DNA of 62,897 nucleotides, the filler included, from Reclinomonas americana ATCC 50394 (lineage: Eukaryota), in the NCBI GenBank assembly GCA_048213135.1. It is 11 parts of 11 records of this genome, joined end to end, with 100 filler letters (N's around TTAATTAATTAA, not from the genome) between each part and the next. Parts side by side here need not be neighbours in the genome. Positions count along the whole stretch, not along the records: positions 32,244 to 41,746 come from AFZH01019573.1; positions 41,847 to 44,270 come from AFZH01019574.1; 9 more parts are not named here. One strand, given 5' to 3'. A program made the position numbers and the translations under genes. Positions 32,244 to 44,370 of this stretch are shown piece by piece. The notes below the pieces were generated by a model. That model searched no databases, was not told the origin of the DNA, and saw only the letters and a list, made by a program, of their open reading frames with translations. Each line of letters begins with the position of its first letter. Positions within the stretch are counted from its first letter, which is position 1.

Positions 32244-34340
32244 ATATTCTCACGCGTAAGGCGTCGCCGAGGAGGGCAAGCGGTGTTTTTTTTCAGCGCG
32301 CAACACGAAACCTGCAGCGCAATGGCATTGATGCGACTGGCCAACGTCAGCAGCCGACAGCAATTGTCGGGGTCGACCAGCGTCTGCAGAAAATCGGCGC
32401 ACTGACTCTTCAGCGACTCAATGTCAAAGTGTTCCGCCAGAATCAGCAGCTCCAACACGGTGTCCTGGTCGACGCGCAATTCTCTCGTGTACAGGTAGCT
32501 GCGTCACCGAGGGCGACAGTGAGTCAGCTGGTGTGGACCAAGCGCACAACATCGACCTCTGTACACACCGGACAAACACCTCCAGCACCGCCTGCGAGTA
32601 GCCCGACAGTCGGACTTCTCCGGTGGCACTCTCCTCCATTCCCGAGCGGAACAGAGCTATATCCAACACATCAGTCATCGCAGCAATAACAAGAATGAAA
32701 GCATAGGATGGCGTCTATTACCGTCAAACACAGGGCTCACTGCGCACAGCAAGAGGTGCGGAACGCGAACCCGACAGTCTTCGTCACTCAGCAGCGTAAT
32801 ATCAGCCATGCCCGGCACATTGTCCACGTCCAGGAAGCGATTCTGTAAGAGCCAGCAGTCTCAGCTTGCTGGCGACAACAGGTCTTAGCGCAAGGAACAA
32901 ACCAACAGCCAGGCGACCCGATTTTCCACATCCACCACACAAGGCACTTCCAGGCTTTGCAGCAGACGAAGGACGGGCGAATCCGTGCCTTTGCGCGAAA
33001 AAAACAAATGTTGGCAAGCAAGCGTACGCACATACACACAAACACCATAACGCATGTGCACCTCGATCGAGTGTAGCGTGCCCAGCATACATTGCGCCCA
33101 GTGCATTCTCCACAACGGCATCTTCTGCGGGCGTGCTGATGGTAATCTCCTGCGATTCGCGTGAGAAACACGGAAGCTACATAAAAAAAGAGAGGGATAG
33201 AAAACGTGTAACCGACCTCCACTGCGTGCTCCCGACTGAACTGCGGTCGGAGAGCTGTGCAGTACGCGTACACGACCACAGCATGTGCCTCGAAACGCGA
33301 CGCACTCCTGCAACAACAGAGATTGGTGATTCAGTCCCGCGTGTCAAGCAGAGAGTGCGACGATACAGCAAGAAGCGTACCCCGCGACCCGCAAAATGAC
33401 GTCGGCGCGATCGCGATGACGGGCGCGATAACTTGCCTCCAGGCTGACCAAGGCCGGCGGCGGCGATACTTCAATGCCGCGCGCTCGGCCACGCAACTCA
33501 GCCTCCGGCGAGGAGTAGAGGAAGGTGGAGGCGGTGTGGAGAACCTTGATGTTGCGCACCTGGATGGCGCGATTCCACGTCGAGATGCCAATGACCTGCA
33601 GTGTGACGCGGAGGAAAACACACACAAACAGGCACTGAGTTGGCGTGATCTTTGCGATGAGCGGCGAGAGATGGCACGACCCACCCGCACAGTGCCAATC
33701 ATATCCGGATCCTCGGCCACCAGCGTAATGTTGGCCAACCGCACATCGCCCTTGCCGCAAAACACAAACGACCGCCACACACCAAACCAGTGCGTCTCAA
33801 AGTCCCCACCCATCACTGCACTGGGGCACTGCGCGTGCGTCTTGGAGACCAGCGGCTTGCCACGACGTCGAATGGTGCTCTTCTTGTTGTCGAAGCCGCC
33901 AATGTTGAACTCGTACGGCGCCGCCGTGCCCTCCCATCGCGTGTCGCCAAACTGCGATCGCCGAGCCCCGACATCGTCAAAGCACACGTGCAAATCGTTG
34001 CTGCCACGCGCCTCCAGCATCACGACTCCATCACCCGCCGACGGTAACCTCAGATCGTCATCCTCCAGGAACACGTAGCGCGCCTTGCGTGGCCCAAAGT
34101 TCAACACGACCGCGTTTCGCGGCACATGCTGCACGCGCATTCCGCCGACCAGTGCACTGCTGCTGCTGCTGCTGCTGCTGCTGCCAATAGAAGAGCCACG
34201 ATCTGTTGGCTGCTGTTGTTGTGGTGGTGGTGGTGGTGGTGCTGGCGGAGACACCACTGTGATGAGACGCTGGTGGCCGCCGCTGTCACCGTGCTGTGCA
34301 TCGAGCATGGGCGGCGATGCGTCATCGCCCGAGATCATTC
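32244..34340 (-). CDS. Methyltransf_FA-like domain + BTB/POZ(-BACK) protein, 3'-partial
   Basis: LEARGSNDLHVCF...YEFNIGGFDNKKSTIRR...FETHW (FAMeT-like), followed by BTB motifs (ALFRSGMEESATGEVRL, YLYT, VLELLILAEHFDIESLKSQC, VDPDNCCRLL). The start is approximate. Confidence 0.75.
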
Positions 34341-34693
34341 CACGCACCAGCGACTGCTCTCTGTGCACCAAACATGTACACAAACACACACATTCGGTGA
34401 GGTGAGGTGTGCACGGAGATGTGGATGTGCGGCATGAGAGAATCAGAGACACCGAATGAATGCCACTCTCGCACATGATTGAGCATTTGTGCAATGTGTG
34501 CGCGTGAGTGTGTGTGCGAAGACAAGAGTGGGAGTGGGAGGTGTGGTCTCATCCATCACACTAACCGCTGTTGCCGTGTTTCGCCCGCTGCTGCTTTCTA
34601 TTTCTTCTTCTTTGTCGACGGAGGAACGTTGTCGAATATTGGCGCGCGGGACACAATCAATCAATCACCCGCAGCGACGACGACGAGCTTCAC

Positions 34694-36627
34694 TTAAATG
34701 ATGTTGAGCCGGGCGTAAATGGTGTCCACTCGCTGCGTCAAAAAGTACACCTTCTCCTGCGCATGCATCAGCTCGGTCACCGAGTCGGCCAGTTCCTGCA
34801 GGCCTCCGGAAATGAGCGACAACTCTATTCGGAAAGCAAAGTCAACAACAACAAACCTGCTGTACACGCAGCCGCACGGCATTGCTGGCATCCAATTCCT
34901 TGTCGCGATCCGACAGCTTCCTTCGCATCTCTTCGACTGTGGTCTTGGACTCCTGCGCGTTAACAAATCAGTGCGCTGGCCACACCACCACCAAAGGATG
35001 TGACGAACCGCCTCCGATGACACCAGTCGCACGTTGGACTGCTGAGCAGCGGTGAGCTGCTTGGCCAGTGTCTCGTGTCGCTCTTCCCAGCTGTGGAGCT
35101 GCACGTTGAGTCGGTCCAGTTGCTCCTGCAGGTGCTCCCGCAGGCTGTTTTGTGCGGCCAGCTCACGGCGCAGCAAGTCGGCGTCCCGACGCAGCTGCTC
35201 CGACTCCTTCAGTGCTCCAATCAGCTTGTGCTGCAGATATGTGTTGCGCCCGTCCACCAGGTGCGCACGATCCTTAATGGAGTCGAGGCCTCGGACGGAC
35301 TCGTCGAGTGCCGAAAACTTGTTGCCAAGCTCGACGATTTCGCCTTCGAGTTTCTTGCACTGCGCCTGCCACTTGGACACGGTGTCTTCCAGGGCATCGT
35401 TCTCGGCACGCAGCCTCGATGTCTCCAGCAGGAACGCATTGTTGCGGCTGTGGCTGGTCTCCAGGTCGTGCTGAGCCACACACGCATCAGTGCGGAAAGA
35501 AGTGTGCGTTACCATTGGCTGGTGAACACAGACAAACCGACAGCACGGCCACTGCATCGAGGAGACGGACGCGCTCATCCTCCTCGCCCATCATGGTGCG
35601 CTCGTAGATGAGGCGCCAGTACTCGGCCGCCCGCGCTGCCGCCGCTAATCGCTCCTCCGATTGCACCTTGTCGCGCGTCAATTGCGCTCTACAATCGACA
35701 CCAGCAATGAGTTACCTACCGCTGCAGAACGCCGTTGCAGCACCGACAAACAACGCAACAGTGAGCGCGCCAGATCATTCATCCGCTTCGTCTGCTCGGG
35801 ACTCTTGACCTCGCCCGCATCAGCGGCAGCCGCTTGCTGTTGCTGTTGTTGTTGTTGTTGCTGCTGTTGCTGTTGTTGACCGCGTTCCACAGCCGACATG
35901 CCGCGTCGCCGCGGACTAGTCGGACTCGCATGCTTCTCCTTCTCTGCCAAGGCTGCTGCCGTCGCCTGCTGCTTGGTGCGCAGACTGGCCAGCCGCGACA
36001 CCAACTGCGCCACCTCCTCCGCAAGCCGCGAGTTGTCGGCCGACACCGCCTGCGTGTGCCCCTCCATCAAGTGCCGCTGCTGCGCCCACTCCTGCCGATC
36101 CAACTCCGCCTGCTGCCGCACCTCATCCAACTCTCGCCGCAACGCATTGATGCGCAGCGCCTGCTCTTGTCGCTCACCGACCTGTATAGTCGTGAGTTGC
36201 ACACGACGGAACTCCCAACAGAGAAGACACACACACCTCGCGCTTCCGCACAATCGCCACGTCGTTCTCCAGTCGCTGCTTGGCCTCACGCAGCTCCGAC
36301 AGCGCCTTGACATCGTCATCTGCTCGCACACGCAGGGCCTCATTCTCTGCACTCAGGGCCCTCGCCTGCATCACACACACACACGCACATCAGCACACCA
36401 CTGCCTCTCCTCCTCCTCCTTCTGCTCCTCCCTCTCACCGTCTCCTGCAACTGCTGAATGCGCTCCAGTGCCACGGCCAGCTCGCTCTTTGGTTTTCCAC
36501 TCTGTGGAGGCGATGATGCAGCCGGAGAAGAAGACGACTGTGCTGGCGGTGTTGGTGGTGGTGGACGTGGAGGCGGTGAGGAAGCCACCGAAGCCACCGA
36601 AGCCGCAATCGCCTGCTCGTCGCTCAT
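34694..36627 (-). CDS. Coiled-coil protein, multi-exon
   Basis: Start MSDEQAIAAS at 36627, heptad-rich exons, stop at 34694. Confidence 0.6.
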
Positions 36628-36704
36628 GAAGACGACAGACACACGAGCGGCTCTCAGTCGCCAAGGCCTGCAGGACATTGTTTTTCGACCCCTCGTTGTT
36701 GGCG

Positions 36705-38258
36705 ATGGTGAAGCAGATTGTGTTGGAGGAGGTGTTTGCGGGTCCTGTGGAGGCCGTGTGGGCATGCACGTTTGGCGATCCGCGATTTAATCAGCGGTAC
36801 CACGATGCGCGTGGCGATCGAGGTATCTTCTTCCTCTCTCTCTCTCTCTCTCTGCCCCTTTGTGCGATTCTCTCATGTGGGTGGTGATAGATCTGGTGGT
36901 CAGCGAGTGGGCACCGGTGACTGGAGAGGCGGGAGTGGAGGCACGACGAACGGTGTCGTTCACGGCGGATCTGAAGGTTCCGCGACTGATTGAGAGCTTC
37001 ATTGGTTGCGTTGGCCTCCTCTGGTGCTGTGTGTTTACCGTGCGAGTGTGCCTGTCGCCCGCTCATGGTGACTCCACACGCGCAGGCGCCAAGTGCGTAA
37101 TGGCGAGAATTGTCGAGACGCGGAGAAGCGCAGTGCCCGGATCTGAGTTGCGTTTCGGTCTCGCTTTCATGCCCGTCGTTGAACTTTTTCTGTGCGAGAG
37201 AGTGCTCACTGCGTGGGGCAATCCAGTACGTACGTGGTGTTCAACGAGAGTCACCTGAGCGGATTCCCGATGGCCAGTCAATTCCGAAGCACGCAGCTGT
37301 ATCGTCTATCGGCGACCGGCGGCGACCGGACTCGCATCCTGGCCGAGGGCAATGTCGAGTTTACTGGAGGGATGTGGCCTGTGCGCGGCAAGGTGGAGTC
37401 CGACATGGAGGAGAAGGTGCGCGCCGGACTGGAGCTGTGGATGCGTATCGCCCATGAGTCGCTGCGTGAGTTCCTCGAGCGGGCGGCAAGAGAACGCGAG
37501 GCCGCTGCAGCGGCTGCTGTTGCTGGAGCTCAGTCACCCGCCATGGTCGTGGATGAGCCGAGTGCCGCACCACTCTCGCGAGCCCCACCACCACCGCGCC
37601 AGCTGCGACCACCATCGACTGGCGGAGAGGTCACGCGGCAGACCCCCAGTGTGTTGGAACTCGACGAGGATGTGTTTTTCGACACGCGAGAGGCGTCGAC
37701 ACCAAACGAGATCTCGGCCATTAGCGCCGCCGAGAGCGTCGACTATGATGACGATCACGACGTGGACGAGGACGATGATGACGACGATCGGCTGAGTGGT
37801 TCCGCCTCGTCGTTTGCTCCGATTCGGCCGGCCATGTCTGCCGCTGCGCCATTAGCACAACGCAGTGGGGTGAGCACATTTTTTCCGACTGCATTGTGTG
37901 ACGATGCATGCATGGCTGATTGTGCATCACGCAGAGTGTATCATCGGTGGTGGGCACCGACACGGTCAACACGCTGGTGCGTGCCATCAACCGGTTATCG
38001 GATCGCGTCGAGGTGCTAGAGCGCTTGGTGAATCCGGCCAGTCGCGCCAGTGCCGCCGCCGCCGCCGCCACTCCACAGCAGCCAACACCCATATCCACCA
38101 CTGTGTCACCACTGTCGTCGGTACAATCAAGTCCGGCGGTGGAGCGCGCACAGTCGCATGCGTGGTCCTTGTCGTGGAAATCGTCGTTTGTGGTTGGTGT
38201 GTGCACGGTTATCGTGGGCGTAGGTGCCGGACTCTTTTGGTGGCGACGACGCAAGTAA
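36705..38258 (+). CDS. VASt/StART-like lipid-transfer protein with FFAT motif and C-terminal tail anchor
   Basis: EEVFAGPVEAVW...F...YH..RGDRDLVVSEW...RRTVSF (VASt pattern), DEDVFFDTRE, and a C-terminal TM FVVGVCTVIVGVGAGLFWWRRRK*. Confidence 0.72.
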
Positions 38259-38339
38259 ATAGACGATAATGGCATTACAATGTTGTTTTTTTGTGCTGTC
38301 GACAGCAACCGCCAGGTGCTGCTGCGGAGCTCTCCCTCA

Positions 38340-40187
38340 TCAGTGACCAAACACCAGGCGCTCCAGCATTTTCTTGATCGTGACTGTGGGCAGGCAGGTG
38401 AGCACAGACAGCAGCAAACGACAAGGAGAGTGCGAGAGAAAGACGTACCCATCTGTGGGCCCACGTTGCTGGCGTACTCGGGACCCGTGAAGCCCCACCA
38501 GTCGAAGCATCCATTCTGTTGGGGAGCGAGTTAAGACAGTGTGGCATATGCGGGGCTGCTGCGTGGCAACACTCACCGGGTTGAGGGCATTGGTGCGTGC
38601 CTGAGGCCACAGCACAATAATGTTGTTGGTCTCGGCCCATCGGTGCAAGCCAGAGTGGTTGAGGAAGGTGGTGCCGATCTTGTCGGGGTACATGAGGCAT
38701 CCGTGCAGCATGACAAACAGCTTGCACAAGGCTGCGAATGTATGCGTGGTCAACATCAAGATGCCAGCACGAGAAACAATTAATAAGGGAAGCATACCTT
38801 GCTGCTGGCACGCAGTTGGTACGTAGACGTAGCCAATGTCGTGCAGTGAAATGGTCTCCGAGGTCCACAGACCCGGGAAGAACTCCAGCTGGTTGAACGA
38901 GAGCAACTGCATTGTGCTGTGTGTGAGGCACGGGAGAGAGAGAGGAGGAGGGCACGAAGAGTTCCGTCTCCACACGCAACATTCTCCGGCAGACCGCCGT
39001 ACGGGACCGTGGGAGCCGACAGCGTGTTGTTGTACAGATGCTGCAACATCGCACCCGCCATGTCGTAGTGGCAGTTGCTAATGTACGGGTCTCCGAGCAC
39101 GCTGCCTGTGTGTGCGTGCGTGACGAGCACGAGGTGAGAAACAAGCAGGTGCTCAACGGGGGCGAGTCATATATCACGAGCAACACAACAATCGTTGCCG
39201 AAAAAGTCGGTGATCCACGCATGCTCCGACGGGATCTCGTAGTCGGTCAGCAGGCTGCCACCTGCGGTACACTGCATGAGCGCGACGCAGCACCAGCATA
39301 GAAACCCCAGTCACACAAACCAGTGCGAGACAGGAAATGCTCGTAGTACTCCTCCAGCTTCTTCACCACTCCCGGGTGCACAACCGTGTCCTTGGTGCCA
39401 CTGCACGCGAGTCAGCGGATCACCAACATGAGCGTGGGGTCTTTCTCTCTCGCACCTGTACAGATACACTCGGGCGTCGGCCAAGTTGCTCGTGTCATCA
39501 ATGAAGCCCGACAGCGCAGTCGACTCAGTGATGCCTACAATGTGCACGCACAGTGAGCGAGAAGAAAAGGAGGAGCGCGAGAAGATGCGATTGCGCGCAC
39601 CAATGAGCTCCTTGACAGAGATCAGAGACGGGTACTTCATGCACGAGGAGAGCGCAATGGAGGCTTGTGCCTGGGCACCTGTGAACGTGCGCGCTTGTGT
39701 GTATGTGCAGGGGGAGAGAGGGAGAGAGCAGCACAATGGACGTACACCAGAAGGGACCACCGGCTGAGATGCCAGCCCCAGAGAACATGTTGGAGTAGGC
39801 CACATGCAATTGCACCGCCTGCCAGTGTGCGTGTCAGAGGCAGACAGAGAGAGAGAGACAGAGACAGAGAGACACACCATGTAGGCACCGGATGAAATGC
39901 CACCAACAGTGATAGAATGCGGATCCACACGGTAGCTCTCTGAGAAAGAGAGAAAGAACATTGGTGAGTGACACATGAGTGGGGAGCGAGAGAGAGAGAG
40001 AGCTTGTGAGAACGCGCGCGCAACGGAGAGCGGCGCCAACGCGGTTGCTCTCATCGCTCTCGCTGTCGGCCATGCCGCGCAGCAGCACAGACGCGCGCGC
40101 GACTGCAGTCATCGCGAGCAGCAGCAGTAGTAGTAGTGTGAGCGCCACAGTCGTCACTGACATGACTCGTGGTGGTGTGAGCGCCAT
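38340..40187 (-). CDS. Secreted poly(3-hydroxybutyrate) depolymerase-like esterase (fungal/eukaryotic type)
   Basis: Signal peptide, ITVGGISSGAYMAVQLHVAYS nucleophile elbow, AGGPFWCA, KDTVVHP, CKLFVMLHGC, WAETNNIIVLWPQ and CFDWWGFTG. Confidence 0.85.
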
Positions 40188-40327
40188 GATGACTGATTGA
40201 AGGATCTGGTGGAGGACCGACGCGCGACGTCCGTCTTTCTGTCGACTCGCTGCGCTGCTGGCTACTGTAGTCGCGCAACACAAGAGGCCGTTGTTCTTTC
40301 TCACTCGTCTCGTTCACTACATGATCA

Positions 40328-41066
40328 CTACTTGCTCGTCGGCTTTTGCGGCTGTTGTCCGCCGGGAGGAGGAGGCAAGAAGGCAGGCGGCTGCTGCAAC
40401 TGCTGGTACTGCTGCTGTTGCTGTTGCTGTTGCTGAGGAGTCATGTACGGCGAGGGGTTCATGGGCGGCTGCGGTCGCATACCAGCCGGAGCAGGCATGC
40501 CAGGTGCTGGAGGCATTCCCGGCTGCGGTGGCTGCTGTTGCTGCTGTTGCTGCTGCTGATAGCCATACGGAACCGCAGAGGCGCCTGGAGGCATCTGGTA
40601 CTGCGCGTAGGCAACGTACTGTGGCTGCGGAGGCGGGGCGACGAGCAGCGGCGATCTCGAGGATTGGCTGGGGGCGCCGTAGAGGAGGCGCATGCGGCGG
40701 CGACGCCACACGATAAAGGCAATGGCGCTGATGATGGTGAGCACCACGACAGAGACAATGACGCCGACGGCCCACTTGGGGAGGCCACCGCAAATGCACT
40801 GTGTGCGCGGACGACGGAGAATCGTCAGTGATCGAACACGCCCACGTGGACGCACACACTCACTCCTCTCTCTTCTCTCTCCTTCACACACAGACACGCA
40901 CCGACGTGCTGGTGCCAATGGAGATCCAGGTGTAGGAAAAGTAGGAGGAGCAGCAGTAGCTGCAGGCGAACTCGCTGTAGGCGTTGCTGCAGTCGGCCAG
41001 CGCAGGCTCACTCACGGTCACCACCATCATCACCACAGCTGCGGCCAGCAAGATAACAGGCGACAT
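40328..41066 (-). CDS. Small single-pass membrane protein: signal peptide, 6-Cys ectodomain, Pro/Gln/Tyr-rich tail (Shisa-like architecture)
   Basis: Two exons: MSPVILLAAAVV...DCSNAYSEFACSYCCSS...CICGG-TM-WRRRR-P/Q/Y-rich tail. Confidence 0.7.
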
Positions 41067-41143
41067 TGATGTAGTCCGCCGACGCATTCTTGTCGCGAAA
41101 CAAAGAGAGACGCGAACGAGAGGAAGTGGCAGGACGACTGCGT

Positions 41144-41746
41144 TCACTTCATGACTCGCGGTCTCGACCAGAGTACGCTGCAAGGACCCAGGCGTAGGCC
41201 TCGCGGGAGGCCACCACCGCGTCGGGCGGTACAGAATCGGCGCGATGAAACTCGGCGGCCAGTGCCTCGGCTTGCTCGGCAATCGATTGTCGGAAGCGCA
41301 ACATGGTTGCGGCGCACGTGTCGGCCGCCTCGCCTTCCGGCACCGCCTTGGAGACGGCAAAGCCACGGCACTGCAGTGGGTGGTGGTCGGTATAACGCAG
41401 CACGAGAGGGAAGAGGCGACATGCACACTGTACAACACCTTGTGCCGCAGAGTGTCGACGGCCAGTCGCACGGCCTCACCGTCGTGCTGCGACGGTCCCA
41501 CGTGCCGCACCAGCACCTGCAGTGTCAGCAGCCAGCAACTGGCGTGTCTCGGTAACAACGTGAAGCACGCATGCAGCGCCTGCAGCGCCTCATCGACTCG
41601 CCGGCACGCCAACATCTCGCGCGCCCGTCGCAACTGCGCCGCCGGCCGCAGATGCGGAGCCGGCGCTGCCTCCTCGCCCTCATCGCCACCATCGCTCTCC
41701 TCACGGACACGGGCCAGACGCAGGCGGCAGCGGGCAACAACGTCGC
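41144..41746 (-). CDS. 3' fragment of helical/TPR-like protein
   Basis: RVDEALQALHACFTLLPRHASCWLLTLQVL resembles a TPR; the gene is truncated by the linker. Confidence 0.4.
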
Positions 41747-41846
41747 NNNNNNNNNNNNNNNNNNNNNNNNNNNNNNNNNNNNNNNNNNNNTTAATTAATT
41801 AANNNNNNNNNNNNNNNNNNNNNNNNNNNNNNNNNNNNNNNNNNNN

Positions 41847-43587
41847 TCTGCATCAATGGCGAGCCGGTCTCGCAAGAGCTCTTCACGAACCATTTCTGGC
41901 GCGTGTGGGACACCCTGGCCAGCAGTCGAGTGCGTGCTGTGCTCATTTGTATTTGTTTGTTTGCTTGCAGTCTCTGACAGATAGCCGCAGTCGGAGGAGC
42001 AGCCGGAAATGCCGACGTACTTTCGCTTCTTGACGCTGTTGTCGTTTCACATATTCTTGGAGGAGCGGGTCGATGTGTCGGTGATTGAGGTGGGCATCGG
42101 CGGCCTCTTTGATGCCACCAACATCATACCGCACCCCACTGTCTGCGGTTGCGTGACGACTGCTGTTGTGCGCGTTGTCGGGCGTGCCACACTCTAACAT
42201 TGTCATCGCAGCCTGTGCTTCGTTGGGCATGGATCACATGGAGATTCTCGGCAACTCGCTGGCAGAGATTGCCGCCGCCAAAGCCGGTATCTTCAAGGTG
42301 CGGACTTGTGTGTGTATGTGTGTGTGTGTGGAGAGAGAGCGAGGTGGTTGTGAATTCATTGAGGTTTGCATATTTTTCCGATGCGTGTGATTCTTGTCTG
42401 CGCAGTCTGGTGTGCCGGCCATTACGGTTCCGCAAAAGCCCGAAGCCATGGAGGTGCTGACCACGGTTGCCGCGTCGGTCGGAGCCCCGCTCTTCCTTGC
42501 TCTGCCACTCGAAGAGTTTGAGCTGGCCACTGGCGGCGGACCGCTCACTCTCGGCATTGCCGGCGCCCACCAGCGCTACAATGCATCTCTGGCTCTCTCG
42601 CTGGCGGCGACGTGGTTGCGCGCACACGACAAGGCGCACCTGCTGTTGCCGGATCGCTTCATTGCACTGAGCGACGAGGCGGCCTCGGCCAGTGCCGCCG
42701 GCGTTCCGACCGCCTTCCGCGCCTTCCCCATCACCGAGAAAGTGCGCAAGGCACTGGCGTCGCGCAGCTGGGCCGGCCGCTCGCACCGCCTGCCGTTCGT
42801 CGGACACGAGAATGTGGTGTTTTTCTTGGACGGCGCGCACACGGAGGAGTCCATGGAGGTGTGCCACACGTGGTTCACGCAGGAAATTGCGCGATCCGGC
42901 GATCAGTGCGTATGCATGTACATGTTCATGCGTGTGGTGAAGGCGGCGCACACTTTGCTCATCTCGAACGCGCGCAGCAATCTGACCGTGCTGGTCTTCA
43001 ACTGCCAGAATACGCGCGATCCCACCGTTCTGCTGCGGCAGCTGTGGTCCGTGGCCCGCCCGCTGTTCGACGTGGTCATCTTCTGTGCGCCCGACTCGAC
43101 CAAGGCACATCTGCGACCGCTGGTCCCCCCAGTGGCCACGGTGGAGAATGGTGATGCGGGCAGTGGCGGTGGGAGTGGGAGCAGTGGTGCCGCAACGGGC
43201 CAGCAAGATGGAGAGGCGTACACGCGTGATCTACTGAAGCCGCCGGCGGCGTCGCAGTTGGTGGAGCAGTGTGCGTGGCAGCTAGAACAAATGCGCGCAT
43301 GGTTGCGTCTGGCCGCCAACTACACCGAGTCGCAGCTGGAGGACACCGAGGCGCTGGCGAACACGGCGGTGCACAGCTGGGAGCGCCTCATTGGTGGTGT
43401 GCGCGCCGCCGAGGGTCCGCCAGTGGAGCCACTGGTGACGGTGGCACCGTCGGTGGCCGCCGTGCTCGAGTGGCTGTCCGTCGCCGACCAGCGACCGCCA
43501 CAGTTGCACATTGATGTGCTGGTGACGGGCTCGTTGTATTTGGTGGGCGACGTGCTGGCTCACTTCTCGCCGCCGACGGCGCAGTAG
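41847..43587 (+). CDS. FPGS: Folylpolyglutamate synthase, 5'-partial
   Basis: [74 protein letters not shown] and [11 protein letters not shown]. Confidence 0.95.
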
Positions 43588-44370
43588 TAGTAGAACGGAA
43601 GGATGAAAAATGGGATGTAAAAAGATGTGTAATCAAAATTGCAGCACGAGTGGGGAAAGCGGAGCCGGTCCCTGCATTTCCTTTTCACGGTCGATATTGA
43701 CAGTTTCGACCAGCTTGGAAAGGAAAATCTCGTGAAATGTCGCGATACCGGCCAGCCAATCTCTCCCTCTCCACTCCCCGCAACAAGCCACGCCATGCAG
43801 CCACCCCCACCAGCTCAACCTAACCGAATCTGACTTTGACCGCCACCAGCTCCTTTGGCGCCTCTCAAATTTGAGGCGTTCGTTGTCCATGGACAGTTCG
43901 AAGCGCAGCTCTCTCGCGAGCAGTTTCGCGCCCAAAACATTTACTTGCCTTTCGCGAGAGCACCTTGTTGCCTGTGTGCTTGTGTGTGTGTGTGTGCACC
44001 GCATCTCCTTCCACACTCGCTCTCCCCCTCTCGCACCCCCCCACCCTCTCGCTCTCTCTCGTCTTTACACACGCAGCAGAGAGAGTGTCTGTTACTTCTT
44101 CGTCTTGCTCTGTTTTGCAAGTTCTTCCGCGTGTCGCGTCTCGTCTCGTCTCGACTTTAGTGTGCGAAAACCCCCCAACGAAAGATGGCCGACGTGGCAA
44201 TTGCCTACGATGCCCCTGATCGCCCACGGTGAGAACGAATACAACAAACATGTGATATTCGTGTGTGTGTNNNNNNNNNNNNNNNNNNNNNNNNNNNNNN
44301 NNNNNNNNNNNNNNTTAATTAATTAANNNNNNNNNNNNNNNNNNNNNNNNNNNNNNNNNNNNNNNNNNNN

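Noticed and set aside
36823..36890. GTATCTT donor in the VASt gene as a second U12 intron
   Set aside because: It deviates from GTATCCTT and has no TCCTTRAC branch sequence; it is best treated as U2-type.
43633..44016. Minus-strand 127-aa ORF downstream of FPGS
   Set aside because: No recognisable family and no convincing start or exon chain; it cannot be supported as a gene.
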